44,459 nucleotides of DNA, taken from contig JAFYLE010000055.1 of the NCBI GenBank assembly GCA_017537265.1, forward strand, positions 1 to 44,459, written 5' to 3'. Source of the stretch: Clostridia bacterium. Its GTDB lineage: Bacteria; Bacillota; Clostridia; Oscillospirales; SIG627. A program made the translations under genes and the position numbers. Below are positions 31,172 to 39,347 of this stretch, in pieces. Under the pieces are notes generated by a model that searched no databases, was not told where the DNA came from, and worked only from the letters and a program-made list of their open reading frames with translations. Numbering within the stretch: the stretch's first letter is position 1; each line of letters opens with the position of its first letter.

Positions 31172-31288
31172 TCGCCTTTGGCGAGTTGTATTGCTTCGCA
31201 GTTATATTTGTCTTACGACAAGTGTTATTGCCTTCGGCAGTTTCGGGGCGAATAAAATACCACTGAAACCGTAAGGTTTCAATAACAC
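31166..31288 (+). other. Hairpin-rich spacer with two interleaved perfect inverted repeats
   Basis: - Pair A: TTTTATTCGCC (31166-31176) with GGCGAATAAAA (31247-31257).
- Pair B: GTGTTATTG (31222-31230) with CAATAACAC (31280-31288).
- The order is A-B-A'-B'.
- Small local hairpins lie at 31172-31184, 31208-31221, 31229-31239 and 31265-31280. Confidence 0.7.
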
Positions 31289-31304
31289 TTTTGATTTATC
31301 AAAA

Positions 31305-31365
31305 ATATCACTGTGAGACCTGTCTCACAATATCACTTGAAAAACAAACTAAAAATTTATATAAT
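31305..31365 (+). promoter_or_regulatory. Operator-like palindrome plus consensus promoter (TTGAAA-17 nt-TATAAT)
   Basis: - Palindrome TGTGAGAC-ct-GTCTCACA at 31312-31329.
- Flanked by direct ATATCACT copies at 31305-31312 and 31330-31337.
- Promoter: TTGAAA at 31337-31342 and TATAAT at 31360-31365. Confidence 0.55.
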
Positions 31366-31383
31366 AAACCTAGAGGTGATTTT

Positions 31384-31788
31384 ATGGGTTTGTTTGATAT
31401 CTTTAAGAAAAAGAAGGTTGAATTAACCGAAGAACAATTAAAATGGAATAAAATGTGGGAGCTGTGGACTGAGAAAAAGGTGGATTCTCCATATGCAGAG
31501 CTTATGACATACCAAAGCGAAATCAACAATGGCGGACACAACCAATATTTCACCAATGTTGAAAACACAAGTGATTTAAACAAAGAAATTTCCGCCTTGG
31601 AACAAATCTTGTCAGCAGAACTGAAAAATAATCTGAATAAAGCATATAAAGCTTATTTGATATTAGAGAAAAAAGAGGAAGACGAAGAAGCGGAGGAAAC
31701 TTTAGAACAGTGCGACGATGTATTCTATGAAAACGAGGAAGAAGTTAATCGTTTGCTTGAAGAATATGCTTGTAAAATAGAACTGTGA
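31384..31788 (+). CDS. DMP19/DUF4375-like protein (DNA-mimic or immunity-type family), AT-rich
   Basis: 134 aa from ATG 31384. The motif SEINNGGHNQYFTNVEN resembles the NNGGFxQFFxN core of DUF4375. The C-terminus is acidic. The ORF-track TTG start at 31291 precedes the predicted promoter. Confidence 0.6.
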   Translation: MGLFDIFKKKKVELTEEQLKWNKMWELWTEKKVDSPYAELMTYQSEINNGGHNQYFTNVENTSDLNKEISALEQILSAELKNNLNKAYKAYLILEKKEEDEEAEETLEQCDDVFYENEEEVNRLLEEYACKIEL

Positions 31789-31894
31789 TTTAACCCGCTG
31801 TTTACTTAGCAAGGTTGAAAGGGTTTTAGGTTCTCCTAAAGTGTAGAAAATTTGATATACATTTTCCCTGCTTGTTACGGTGTAAGACAAAATT

Positions 31895-31928
31895 AAAAGA
31901 AGCACGAAATTTTCGTGCTTCTTTTTTT
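31895..31928. terminator. Bidirectional terminator between convergent genes
   Basis: AAAAGAAGCACGA-aattt-TCGTGCTTCTTTTTTT. Confidence 0.85.
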
Positions 31929-31972
31929 GCTGTCCTTTAGAGTACGCCTCTTATGGCGCGGTTTTTCTGCTT

Positions 31973-33877
31973 TTACTCTTCATCGAAGCCGAAGATGGGG
32001 GCGTCGCCGCCGTCCTCCTCGTCCTCGTCGATAATGGGGTTATTCTTACGGAAGACGTCCTCGTCGCTCTCCCCGTTGAAGATGCGCTCGATCTCCGGAT
32101 GTCCGCGGCGCTCCTCGGCGGGGACTGCGCTCGCCGACTTGGGCGCGCTCTCGCGGCGCTGGCGGGAAGGTGTAAGTTCGGACAAGGGCTCGATCGTTCC
32201 GAGCTCCTCCCAAATGGGAACGGAACGGCTTCCCTTCTCCTCGCCCGACGTTGCGGCAAGTGCGGCCACGAGGGCGGCGGCGTCCTCTGCGAGAACGGGT
32301 TCCTCCTTCTTTGGCAAGGGCGGGATCTCCTGCGTGGGGGCGGCGGCGGTAAAAGACACAGTCTCCTCTGCGACGGAGGAAATCTCCTGCGGCAAAAAAT
32401 AAGGCGTTTGCTCTTGCGGCACGTCCTCGCGCGCGACGGTGGCGGGCGGGTAATACAAAGGCAATTCCTCTTGTTGCTCACGGCGTTTGCCGCGACGGGC
32501 AGCAAGGACGGCAAAGACGATCACAAGAATGATGAGAATCAGAATGACGGCGCCTGCAATAAGAACTGCATAATTGAAATAGCGCAGAAGTTCGCCCTTT
32601 TCCTCCACGGCCTCGGACAAGGCGGCTTTGAGCTCCTCGTTCTCTCCCTCCTGCGGCGTGACGGTCTGCGGCTCAAAATAAAGAGTAAAGTCGCCGCTCT
32701 TGCGATCGTAACGGTAAAAAGCGGGGCTGCCGTCGATGGGGGCGGCATACACGAGTGTTTGCGGAGAAGACAAGGTTACGTCGTTCTTCTCCCAGGCGTC
32801 TTGCTCGACACCCGCAACCACGAGAATGCTCGGCACAAAGCCCTCGGGGACGGAGACGTTTTGCGGTTTTTTTACAAAAACGTATTTCTGCGGGACGGTC
32901 TCCACCTCAAAGTAGGGGTAGAACTCGCCCGACGCCTCGTCGTACAAAAAGGCCTTAGATGCGCTCTCTGCCGAAGTCTGCGTGATGAGCACGGCAAGCT
33001 TCAGCGAAGAAGCGGCGTTCTCATAAAACAAAACCGACTTGCCGTTATACGTACCCTCCACGGGGGCAAAACCTGCGGGAGCGGTGACCTCCGAGGGATC
33101 CCGCGGGAAGAGGTAACTATCCCCCTCGACGGTGACCTGCTCGGCAAACAAATTCGACGCCTTGCGATTTACGACGACGGTATAAGTCCTGGTATTGCCG
33201 TTCTCGGCGGTGACGGTGATCTGAACGGTATTCTCACCCTCTGCGAGTTCGTCCGCGCCCGAAACGCGCACGGAGGCGGCGCTGTGTTTGGCGGAAGCGG
33301 CAAACTTGAGGCCCGTGACGGAATACGGCACCTCGCCGCTGTAGCGGGTGACGTCGGGGTCAAAATCCGGTGTAAATGCAAAGCCCTCGCAAGTGAGTGC
33401 AGAGAGGCGGTTCTCCCACGATGCGGCGGGACGATTGACGATGGAAACGGTGCGGCTCGCCTCCGAAACGGAGATGGAAGAATAATCCTCCGCATACACC
33501 TCACGCGTGACGGTGGAGATCCTTGCCTCGCCGAGAGCGACGGTCTTGAACGTGATGGTATAGCTCTTGCTCGTCACACCGCCCGAAGCAGGCTGATCGA
33601 CAAAATTCAAGGTGCCGCCCGTGGTGGACTGAGCACCCGAGACGTACTGCAGTTTGTCGGAATCGTACTCGATACCGAAGCTCCACGTGGCCATGGGTGT
33701 GGCAGAGGTATACGTGACGGTAACGTAAACGTGATTGCCCAGATACACCTCGCGTGCGGAAAGGCCGATGGTAGCCGTGCCGCCTGCCGCATAGGCGCGC
33801 AGGCTGATAAAAGCAGGCAACAGAAGGGCAAGGGCAAGCAAGATCAAAAACAGACGGAACACAAAGCGTTTTTTCAT
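31973..33877 (-). CDS. Type-I membrane protein with cohesin-like domain, cadherin-like beta-sandwich domain, TM helix and long acidic cytoplasmic tail
   Basis: - Signal peptide MKKRFVFRLFLILLALALLLPAFISLRAYA.
- Cohesin-like block: ATIGLS..YLGNHVYVTVTY...WSFGIEYDSDKLQYV...ITFKTVALGEARI.
- Cadherin-like block: LSALTCEGFAFTPDFDPDVTRY...ITVTAENGNTRTYTVVVNR.
- TM helix AVLIAGAVILILIILVIVFAVLAA. Confidence 0.7.
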   Translation of the reverse strand: MKKRFVFRLFLILLALALLLPAFISLRAYAAGGTATIGLSAREVYLGNHVYVTVTYTSATPMATWSFGIEYDSDKLQYVSGAQSTTGGTLNFVDQPASGGVTSKSYTITFKTVALGEARISTVTREVYAEDYSSISVSEASRTVSIVNRPAASWENRLSALTCEGFAFTPDFDPDVTRYSGEVPYSVTGLKFAASAKHSAASVRVSGADELAEGENTVQITVTAENGNTRTYTVVVNRKASNLFAEQVTVEGDSYLFPRDPSEVTAPAGFAPVEGTYNGKSVLFYENAASSLKLAVLITQTSAESASKAFLYDEASGEFYPYFEVETVPQKYVFVKKPQNVSVPEGFVPSILVVAGVEQDAWEKNDVTLSSPQTLVYAAPIDGSPAFYRYDRKSGDFTLYFEPQTVTPQEGENEELKAALSEAVEEKGELLRYFNYAVLIAGAVILILIILVIVFAVLAARRGKRREQQEELPLYYPPATVAREDVPQEQTPYFLPQEISSVAEETVSFTAAAPTQEIPPLPKKEEPVLAEDAAALVAALAATSGEEKGSRSVPIWEELGTIEPLSELTPSRQRRESAPKSASAVPAEERRGHPEIERIFNGESDEDVFRKNNPIIDEDEEDGGDAPIFGFDEE

Positions 33878-33883
33878 GAATAA

Positions 33884-35767
33884 TTACCCTTTCTGTGAAA
33901 TGGTGTATAGTCCGAGATTGGCGTCGCGCAGTTTCAGTAAGTCAAGCGAATTGACCTTGCCGTCACCGTCGATATCCGCCGCGGCTTTGTAGGCTGAGGC
34001 AAAGTCCTTTTTGCCGAGCAAATAGTCGCGCAGATACAAAAGGTCAAGCGCTTCCACGCCGCCATTACCCGAGACGTCCCCACGCACGACAGCGGTATAG
34101 CTGCGGATCACTTCCCCTTTGAAGAGAATGCGCACCTGCGTGCCGGTACCGACTGCGGCGGAAGAGATGCTAAGCGTCGTTTCCTCACCCAAAGTAAAGC
34201 GGGAGCGGAAAGCCTTTTCTTCGGTCTTCGGTGCAATGCCGTACATGAAACCGTCGTCCGTCATGGTGTATTGTGACTCGAAAAACGGCTTAAGCTCCTC
34301 TGCGGGAGGATCCTCCTGTGCGGGCGGTTCGGTCGGTTCTCCGCCCTCGGGGGTCTCTCCTCCGCTTCCCTCTCCGCCGCCCGACGGCGGGACGGGACTG
34401 ATACTGTCCACGGTCGGCAAGGGAGAAACGGTCTGCGGCATATCATTGTAAACAGGGATCAAAAACTCATGGGAAAGCTCCGTCAAAGTATGCTCCTGCA
34501 TACTGCGGAAGGTGAAAAGAGCCTCCGTCTCCGGATGGGTGAGGTTCTGCATGTACTGATGCCAGATACCGTTGGGAGAGGCGGGATTGACGTTGAATTT
34601 CTTGAGATACGCGGTCTGCTGACCGTTGTTTATGTAATTGTCCCCTTGGAATGAGGCGCCGCCGACGATGGCCTTGTACGCCGTATTCCAGCCCTTCTCC
34701 ATGGCGTAGAGCAGGCCGTTGTGCTGGGGGCTGCCGCCCGGTGTGGAACCGATGCCGTAAAAGTTATAATAGCCGCGATGCTCCTCGCTGTCACAGCCTG
34801 CCTTGGTGCAGACGATCCCGTCGTGATTGCCCATGGAAAGACCCGTGCCGACGGTGCCGTTTTCCGCAAAGGAGGTGATGAGAAGGTAATACGGGCTGAT
34901 GCCGGTGAGCTTGGCAGCGTCCAAAAACGCCTCGGCGTAGCTGACCTCTTCCTCCCGATCGTTTACAGTCGTCAAGGTAGCCATATAAGTGCCTTCCACC
35001 ATCTTTTCCACGCTCTCAAGCGTGTGGATGCTCTCGTCATACGCCTGTGCGGAGAACATGAAGATATCCACGTCGTTCAAGAAATTGCGCGGATCCATGA
35101 AATACGCAACGGTCGCCTCCGACGCACAATACTTGGTGCCGCCGTCAAGCAAGGTGGTGGCGGCGTTCATGCCGTTGAGCGTAACGGTGGAGCGGTAAAC
35201 GGACGCGTACGACTTGTCGATAAACGAGGGAGAGGAAAGATCCCCGCGGCTGTTGACGGAAACCACCGCCTGCGCGCTGACGGCCGAGGAAAAGTCCTTC
35301 TCGGTCTCCAGCGGTAAAAACGTCCACGTAGGATGAGCCGCCTTGAGCGCGGCGAGGGCGGGACGGTAGCTTTGCGGAAACTTTGCAAACTCCTCGGTTT
35401 CATAGTCCAGCTTCTCCCCCGCAAACACGAGGGTGCTGTGCACGTAACCGACGTAACACTTCCCATCCTTCAAATTGGTGTAGCGCACCTTATACCAAAG
35501 CGTGGAGCCGTCGTAAGAGTCGCCCTCAACTTCCTCCAAAACGGGCAAGACCTGATGCTTGCCGAAGGAAAAGTCGTACTTGCTCTCCGGATTCAAATTC
35601 GGCGCCTTGCGGAAGCGAATGGAGGCGGTGGTATAACAGTAGCGCAAAGGAAGTTCCTGTTCTGCGGGTGCGTCTGCAAAAAGAGTCAAAAACGGCGGGA
35701 GGACGGCAAAAAACAGAAGGGTACACAAAAGGGCGCAGAGAGCGCGCAAAAAGCGAGTGCGATGCAT
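33884..35767 (-). CDS. Secreted SH3b + glucosaminidase-like (GH73-type) peptidoglycan hydrolase with C-terminal type-I dockerin
   Basis: - Signal peptide present.
- SH3b-like block: LWYKVRY...GYVHSTLV.
- Hydrolase-like block: YYLLITSFAENG...YYNFYGIGS...GQQTAYLKKFNVNP.
- Dockerin duplicated Ca-binding loops: DVSGNGGVEALDLLYLRDYLLG and DIDGDGKVNSLDLLKLRDANLG.
The dockerin call is strong; the catalytic family call is moderate. Confidence 0.7.
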   Translation of the reverse strand: MHRTRFLRALCALLCTLLFFAVLPPFLTLFADAPAEQELPLRYCYTTASIRFRKAPNLNPESKYDFSFGKHQVLPVLEEVEGDSYDGSTLWYKVRYTNLKDGKCYVGYVHSTLVFAGEKLDYETEEFAKFPQSYRPALAALKAAHPTWTFLPLETEKDFSSAVSAQAVVSVNSRGDLSSPSFIDKSYASVYRSTVTLNGMNAATTLLDGGTKYCASEATVAYFMDPRNFLNDVDIFMFSAQAYDESIHTLESVEKMVEGTYMATLTTVNDREEEVSYAEAFLDAAKLTGISPYYLLITSFAENGTVGTGLSMGNHDGIVCTKAGCDSEEHRGYYNFYGIGSTPGGSPQHNGLLYAMEKGWNTAYKAIVGGASFQGDNYINNGQQTAYLKKFNVNPASPNGIWHQYMQNLTHPETEALFTFRSMQEHTLTELSHEFLIPVYNDMPQTVSPLPTVDSISPVPPSGGGEGSGGETPEGGEPTEPPAQEDPPAEELKPFFESQYTMTDDGFMYGIAPKTEEKAFRSRFTLGEETTLSISSAAVGTGTQVRILFKGEVIRSYTAVVRGDVSGNGGVEALDLLYLRDYLLGKKDFASAYKAAADIDGDGKVNSLDLLKLRDANLGLYTISQKG

Positions 35768-35817
35768 GCGTACATCCTCCTTCCGACACTTTTTTCTCTC
35801 TTTTTACAGATACATTC

Positions 35818-35846
35818 ATTATACAACAACTAAAGAGCGCGGTCAA
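35818..35846 (-). promoter_or_regulatory. Predicted promoter of the dockerin/cohesin gene pair (TTGACC-17 nt-TATAAT)
   Basis: On the minus strand, TTGACC is at 35846-35841 and TATAAT at 35823-35818 with a 17-nt spacer. Confidence 0.55.
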
Positions 35847-35890
35847 CACGAAAAATGTGAACAAACCTATGGCAAAAAGTGGGTGCGTGC

Positions 35891-35919
35891 TTGCCTTTTT
35901 TGTTTTTTTATGTTATAAT
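35891..35919 (+). promoter_or_regulatory. Predicted promoter of DUF2344-proS (TTGCCT-17 nt-TATAAT)
   Basis: TTGCCT at 35891-35896 and TATAAT at 35914-35919 with a 17-nt spacer. Confidence 0.5.
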
Positions 35920-35944
35920 ACACGCTTGATACGGAGGGTTTTGC

Positions 35945-36565
35945 ATGGAACAACTCTATCTCTTGAATTTTCAGAAAACAAATGCCGCGCGCTTTCTGTC
36001 ACACCTCGACATGGCGCGACTCTTTATCCGCGCGTTTCGCCGCGCGAAATTGCCGCTGAAATTCTCCGAGGGATTCCACGCACACCCGAAGGTACGCTTC
36101 TCCCCCCCTCTGTCCGTCGGTGTGGAAAGTCTGTGCGAATTTTGCCAATTCACCCTGCTTGACGAGACGAGAGACAACGAAGAATTGCTTGAGAAGATCC
36201 GCGAGGGCATGGCTGACGGATTCGTCCTGAATTCGCTCGACAAGATCGAATCAAAGCCCACGCCGCCGCCCTTCTCCCGCTACGAGATCTCCTTTTCGGC
36301 AGAGCCTGCGGCACTCAAGGCGGCCTTCGACGCCCCGATGACGGTCGTCAAGCGCACCAAGTCCGGAGAAAAAGAACTGGACATTTACCCGCACCTGATC
36401 CTTGAGGGCATTCGCGAAGAGGACGGGCTTTGCATCCTCACCGTGCTCGCCCCCGCGAGCGAGGCGCTGACCATCAACCCGACGCTCATCTGCACCGCAC
36501 TGCAGACCAAAAACGATACACTGATTCCGGCGCGCATTCTAAAGACCGCCGCCGTGGAAATTTGA
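35945..36565 (+). CDS. DUF2344 / TIGR03936-type radical-SAM-linked protein (stand-alone)
   Basis: 206 aa. [44 protein letters not shown] is the family signature. Confidence 0.8.
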   Translation: MEQLYLLNFQKTNAARFLSHLDMARLFIRAFRRAKLPLKFSEGFHAHPKVRFSPPLSVGVESLCEFCQFTLLDETRDNEELLEKIREGMADGFVLNSLDKIESKPTPPPFSRYEISFSAEPAALKAAFDAPMTVVKRTKSGEKELDIYPHLILEGIREEDGLCILTVLAPASEALTINPTLICTALQTKNDTLIPARILKTAAVEI

Positions 36566-36576
36566 AAGGAGCCGCT

Positions 36577-38016
36577 ATGGCAGACAAAAAACAAGCGATT
36601 GAAAAGATCACTCCGATGGACGAGGACTTCGGTCAATGGTACACCGACATCGTCAAGCAGACCAAGCTCTGTGACTACTCCAGCGTGAAGGGATGCATGG
36701 TCATCTGCCCTTACGGCTACGCCATTTGGGAGAACATTCAACACCTGCTCGACGCCGAATTCAAGAAAACCGGCCACGAAAACGTGTACCTGCCCCTCTT
36801 CATTCCCGAAAGCCTTCTGAACAAAGAAAAAGACCACGTGGAAGGCTTTGCACCCGAGGTTGCCTGGGTGACCTACGGCGGCAGTGAGAAGTTGACCGAG
36901 CGCATGTGCGTGCGTCCGACCAGCGAAACGCTCTTCTGCGAGCACTACAAGAACACCGTGCAGTCCTGGCGTGACCTGCCCAAGCTCTACAACCAATGGT
37001 GCAACGTCGTCCGTTGGGAAAAGACCACGCGTCCCTTCCTGAGAAGCCGCGAATTCCTCTGGCAGGAAGGCCACACCCTGCACGCCACGAGCGAAGAGGC
37101 CATTGCCGAGACGCGCCAGATGCTCAACATCTACGCCGACTTCTGCGAAGGTGCGCTCGCCATGCCCGTCATCCGCGGCCGCAAGACCGACAGCGACAAA
37201 TTTGCCGGTGCCGAGGCGACCTACGCCATCGAAGCGATGATGCACGACGGAAAAGCACTGCAGGCCGGCACCTCCCACTACTTCGGCGACGGCTTTGCAC
37301 GCGCGTTTGACATCACCTTCACCACGAAGGAAAACCAGCTTGCCCACCCCTTCCAGACCTCTTGGGGTGTGACCACGCGACTCATCGGCGCCATCATTAT
37401 GACCCATGGCGACGACCGCGGCCTGAACCTGCCGCCCGCCGTTGCCCCCATTCAGGCGGTCATTCTGCCGATCGCCCAGCACAAGGAAGGCGTGCTTGAC
37501 GCCGCTCGTGCTCTGGAAGAAAAACTGCGCGGCGTGTGCCGTGTGAAACTCGACGACTCCGACAACTCCCCCGGCTGGAAGTTTGCGGAATACGAGATGC
37601 GCGGCGTGCCGGTGCGCATTGAGCTCGGCCCGCGTGACATTGAGGCCGGTCAGTGTGTGGTCGGCATTCGCTACAGCGGCGAAAAGCGCGTCGTCAAACT
37701 TGACGACCTTGCAGAAGAACTGCCCAAGATCTTCTCCGAGATCCAAAAAGGCATGTTCGACAAAGCCTGCGAAAACCGTGCCGCCAACTCCTACCGCGTC
37801 ACCAAGATGGACGAGATCCTCGCCCACCTGGAAGACGGCGACTGCTTCATCCACGCGCCTTGGTGCGGCGATGAAGAATGCGAAGACAAGATCAAGGAAA
37901 AAACCGGCGTCGGCAGCCGCTGCATTCCCGAAGACGGCAAACTTGACGAGGGCGCAAAATGCGTCTGCTGCGGCAAGGATGCCAAGCACGAAGTCCTCTT
38001 TGCAAAAGCGTATTGA
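36577..38016 (+). CDS. proS: Proline--tRNA ligase (archaeal/eukaryote-like short form)
   Basis: 479 aa from ATG 36577. Blocks: [35 protein letters not shown], class-II motifs and a C-terminal Cys cluster. The ORF-track start at 36430 overlaps the upstream gene. Confidence 0.93.
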   Translation: MADKKQAIEKITPMDEDFGQWYTDIVKQTKLCDYSSVKGCMVICPYGYAIWENIQHLLDAEFKKTGHENVYLPLFIPESLLNKEKDHVEGFAPEVAWVTYGGSEKLTERMCVRPTSETLFCEHYKNTVQSWRDLPKLYNQWCNVVRWEKTTRPFLRSREFLWQEGHTLHATSEEAIAETRQMLNIYADFCEGALAMPVIRGRKTDSDKFAGAEATYAIEAMMHDGKALQAGTSHYFGDGFARAFDITFTTKENQLAHPFQTSWGVTTRLIGAIIMTHGDDRGLNLPPAVAPIQAVILPIAQHKEGVLDAARALEEKLRGVCRVKLDDSDNSPGWKFAEYEMRGVPVRIELGPRDIEAGQCVVGIRYSGEKRVVKLDDLAEELPKIFSEIQKGMFDKACENRAANSYRVTKMDEILAHLEDGDCFIHAPWCGDEECEDKIKEKTGVGSRCIPEDGKLDEGAKCVCCGKDAKHEVLFAKAY

Positions 38017-38028
38017 TCAACAAAAAAC

Positions 38029-38060
38029 AAAAGCCCTCCGCAATTGGCGGAGGGCTTTTT
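38029..38060. terminator. Bidirectional terminator
   Basis: AAAAGCCCTCCGCCAATTGGCGGAGGGCTTTTT palindrome. Confidence 0.85.
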
Positions 38061-38076
38061 CTGCTTTTTACAAAAA

Positions 38077-39294
38077 TCACTCTTCCTCGTCTTTGGGATA
38101 ATCGAGTTCCGAAACCGAAGAAAGCAGGGAAAGCTTATCGCGGATGGGCTCGTACGCCTCCGAAATGCGGCGGCGCAGATCCGCACGTTTTTCCTGCAGA
38201 GCAGACTCGACGTTCAAGCTCTTCCAGGCGGCGGAAAACAGACGTTCCGTCATTTCCCGCAGGACGGAGCGCGTTTTGTCGTCCATATCCTTATACCGTC
38301 TGTACACGCGAGAAAGGGAGCGCGCCATCTGTCGGGTAAGTTCGCCGACACTTGACGCCTCGGTGGAAGAAAGCAATTCATACACGGCGTCCACGAACTG
38401 TTCGCGCGCAGAAAGATCCATGCCGGCAAGCCACGTGCAAAGCGTCTTATCCACGTAACGGCTATGAGCGTCCGTCGCATCCTCCCGCACGAATGCTCCC
38501 CCTTCCACTTGCCAGCTGTAGGGGTCGTGCTGCAAGAGGCCGAGGGTGTCGGAATGCACGACGGTGCTCTTGCCGAAGTCGCCGAGGAGCATACCGATCA
38601 CCGAGGTCTGCGGTATGAAACCGTGACAGATAGCGTGAACGGTGAGATACCCCTCCCCCGTCAAAAACTCCGAGAGAAAGCCGGGGGCGTCGTGTGCGAA
38701 AATGCCGCCGAGGTGCAGTTGCACCTCGCGCGAAACACTCGCCGCGGCAAACACGGCAAGGTTGCCGCCCTTGGAATGACCGCCTACATAGATCGGCTTT
38801 GCGGGCAGGATATTTGCGGCGCTCTCCAGATACTTTGCGGCGGCAAGCTGCGAGGGCGTGGCACAGAGGAAACTCATGTTAAAGTCCTCCTTCCAACCGA
38901 CCAGGGTGTCGTCCGTGCCGCGAAAAGAGATAAAATGAAAATCGGGAGCAAGAACCGTCAGCGCGGCAAACTGCATTTGCCGCTCTTCGTCGTGGCGGTC
39001 CGCAAAGCCCGTGATGCGAAGAGAAGAAAAACGCGTGCTTCTTGCCATTGCCTTGAAAAACGCGGTGTTGCCCAGTGCAAAACGGCGGTTATACGCCGCC
39101 TCGCACTCCTCCTGATACACGAGATACAGTCCGCAGAGCGACTGCAAAGTGTACTCGCTCTCAAAGCCCTCCTGCACGTATGCGGAGAGCGGCAAATACG
39201 ACAAAAGCGAGAGGCAAAGCGAATCCACCTCGCAAAACGCACGTTCTTCAAACGTGTATGCGCCGTACTCTTTTACGTAATCAATGACGTTCAT
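38077..39294 (-). CDS. DUF2974 (Mbeg1-like) alpha/beta-hydrolase, lipase-like
   Basis: 405 aa from ATG 39294. The nucleophile-elbow motif VGGHSKGGNLAVFAA is typical of DUF2974. The ORF-track TTG at 39315 lies inside the upstream terminator. Confidence 0.7.
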   Translation of the reverse strand: MNVIDYVKEYGAYTFEERAFCEVDSLCLSLLSYLPLSAYVQEGFESEYTLQSLCGLYLVYQEECEAAYNRRFALGNTAFFKAMARSTRFSSLRITGFADRHDEERQMQFAALTVLAPDFHFISFRGTDDTLVGWKEDFNMSFLCATPSQLAAAKYLESAANILPAKPIYVGGHSKGGNLAVFAAASVSREVQLHLGGIFAHDAPGFLSEFLTGEGYLTVHAICHGFIPQTSVIGMLLGDFGKSTVVHSDTLGLLQHDPYSWQVEGGAFVREDATDAHSRYVDKTLCTWLAGMDLSAREQFVDAVYELLSSTEASSVGELTRQMARSLSRVYRRYKDMDDKTRSVLREMTERLFSAAWKSLNVESALQEKRADLRRRISEAYEPIRDKLSLLSSVSELDYPKDEEE

Positions 39295-39313
39295 ATACTC
39301 ACCTGAAAATTGC

Positions 39314-39339
39314 AAAAAGCGACCTTGCGGTCGCTTTTT
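39314..39339 (-). terminator. Terminator after the SGNH gene
   Basis: AAAAAGCGACC-ttgc-GGTCGCTTTTT, functional in either orientation. Confidence 0.75.
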
Positions 39340-39347
39340 GATCGAAC

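Noticed and set aside
31164-31240. CRISPR-like or other spacer-repeat array
   Set aside because: The units are only 16-22 nt, directly abutting and degenerate, with no unique spacers. No cas genes are present.
32099-33883. 594-aa plus-strand ORF
   Set aside because: It is antisense to the cohesin-protein gene. That gene has a signal peptide, domain-like blocks and a TM helix, whereas this ORF is Gly/Arg-rich with no features.
36566-36576. T-box or other leader upstream of proS
   Set aside because: Only 11 nt separate proS from the preceding gene, which is too short for a leader.
36385-37989. 534-aa minus-strand ORF
   Set aside because: It is antisense to proS, which is unambiguous, and has the same GC-rich shadow-frame composition.
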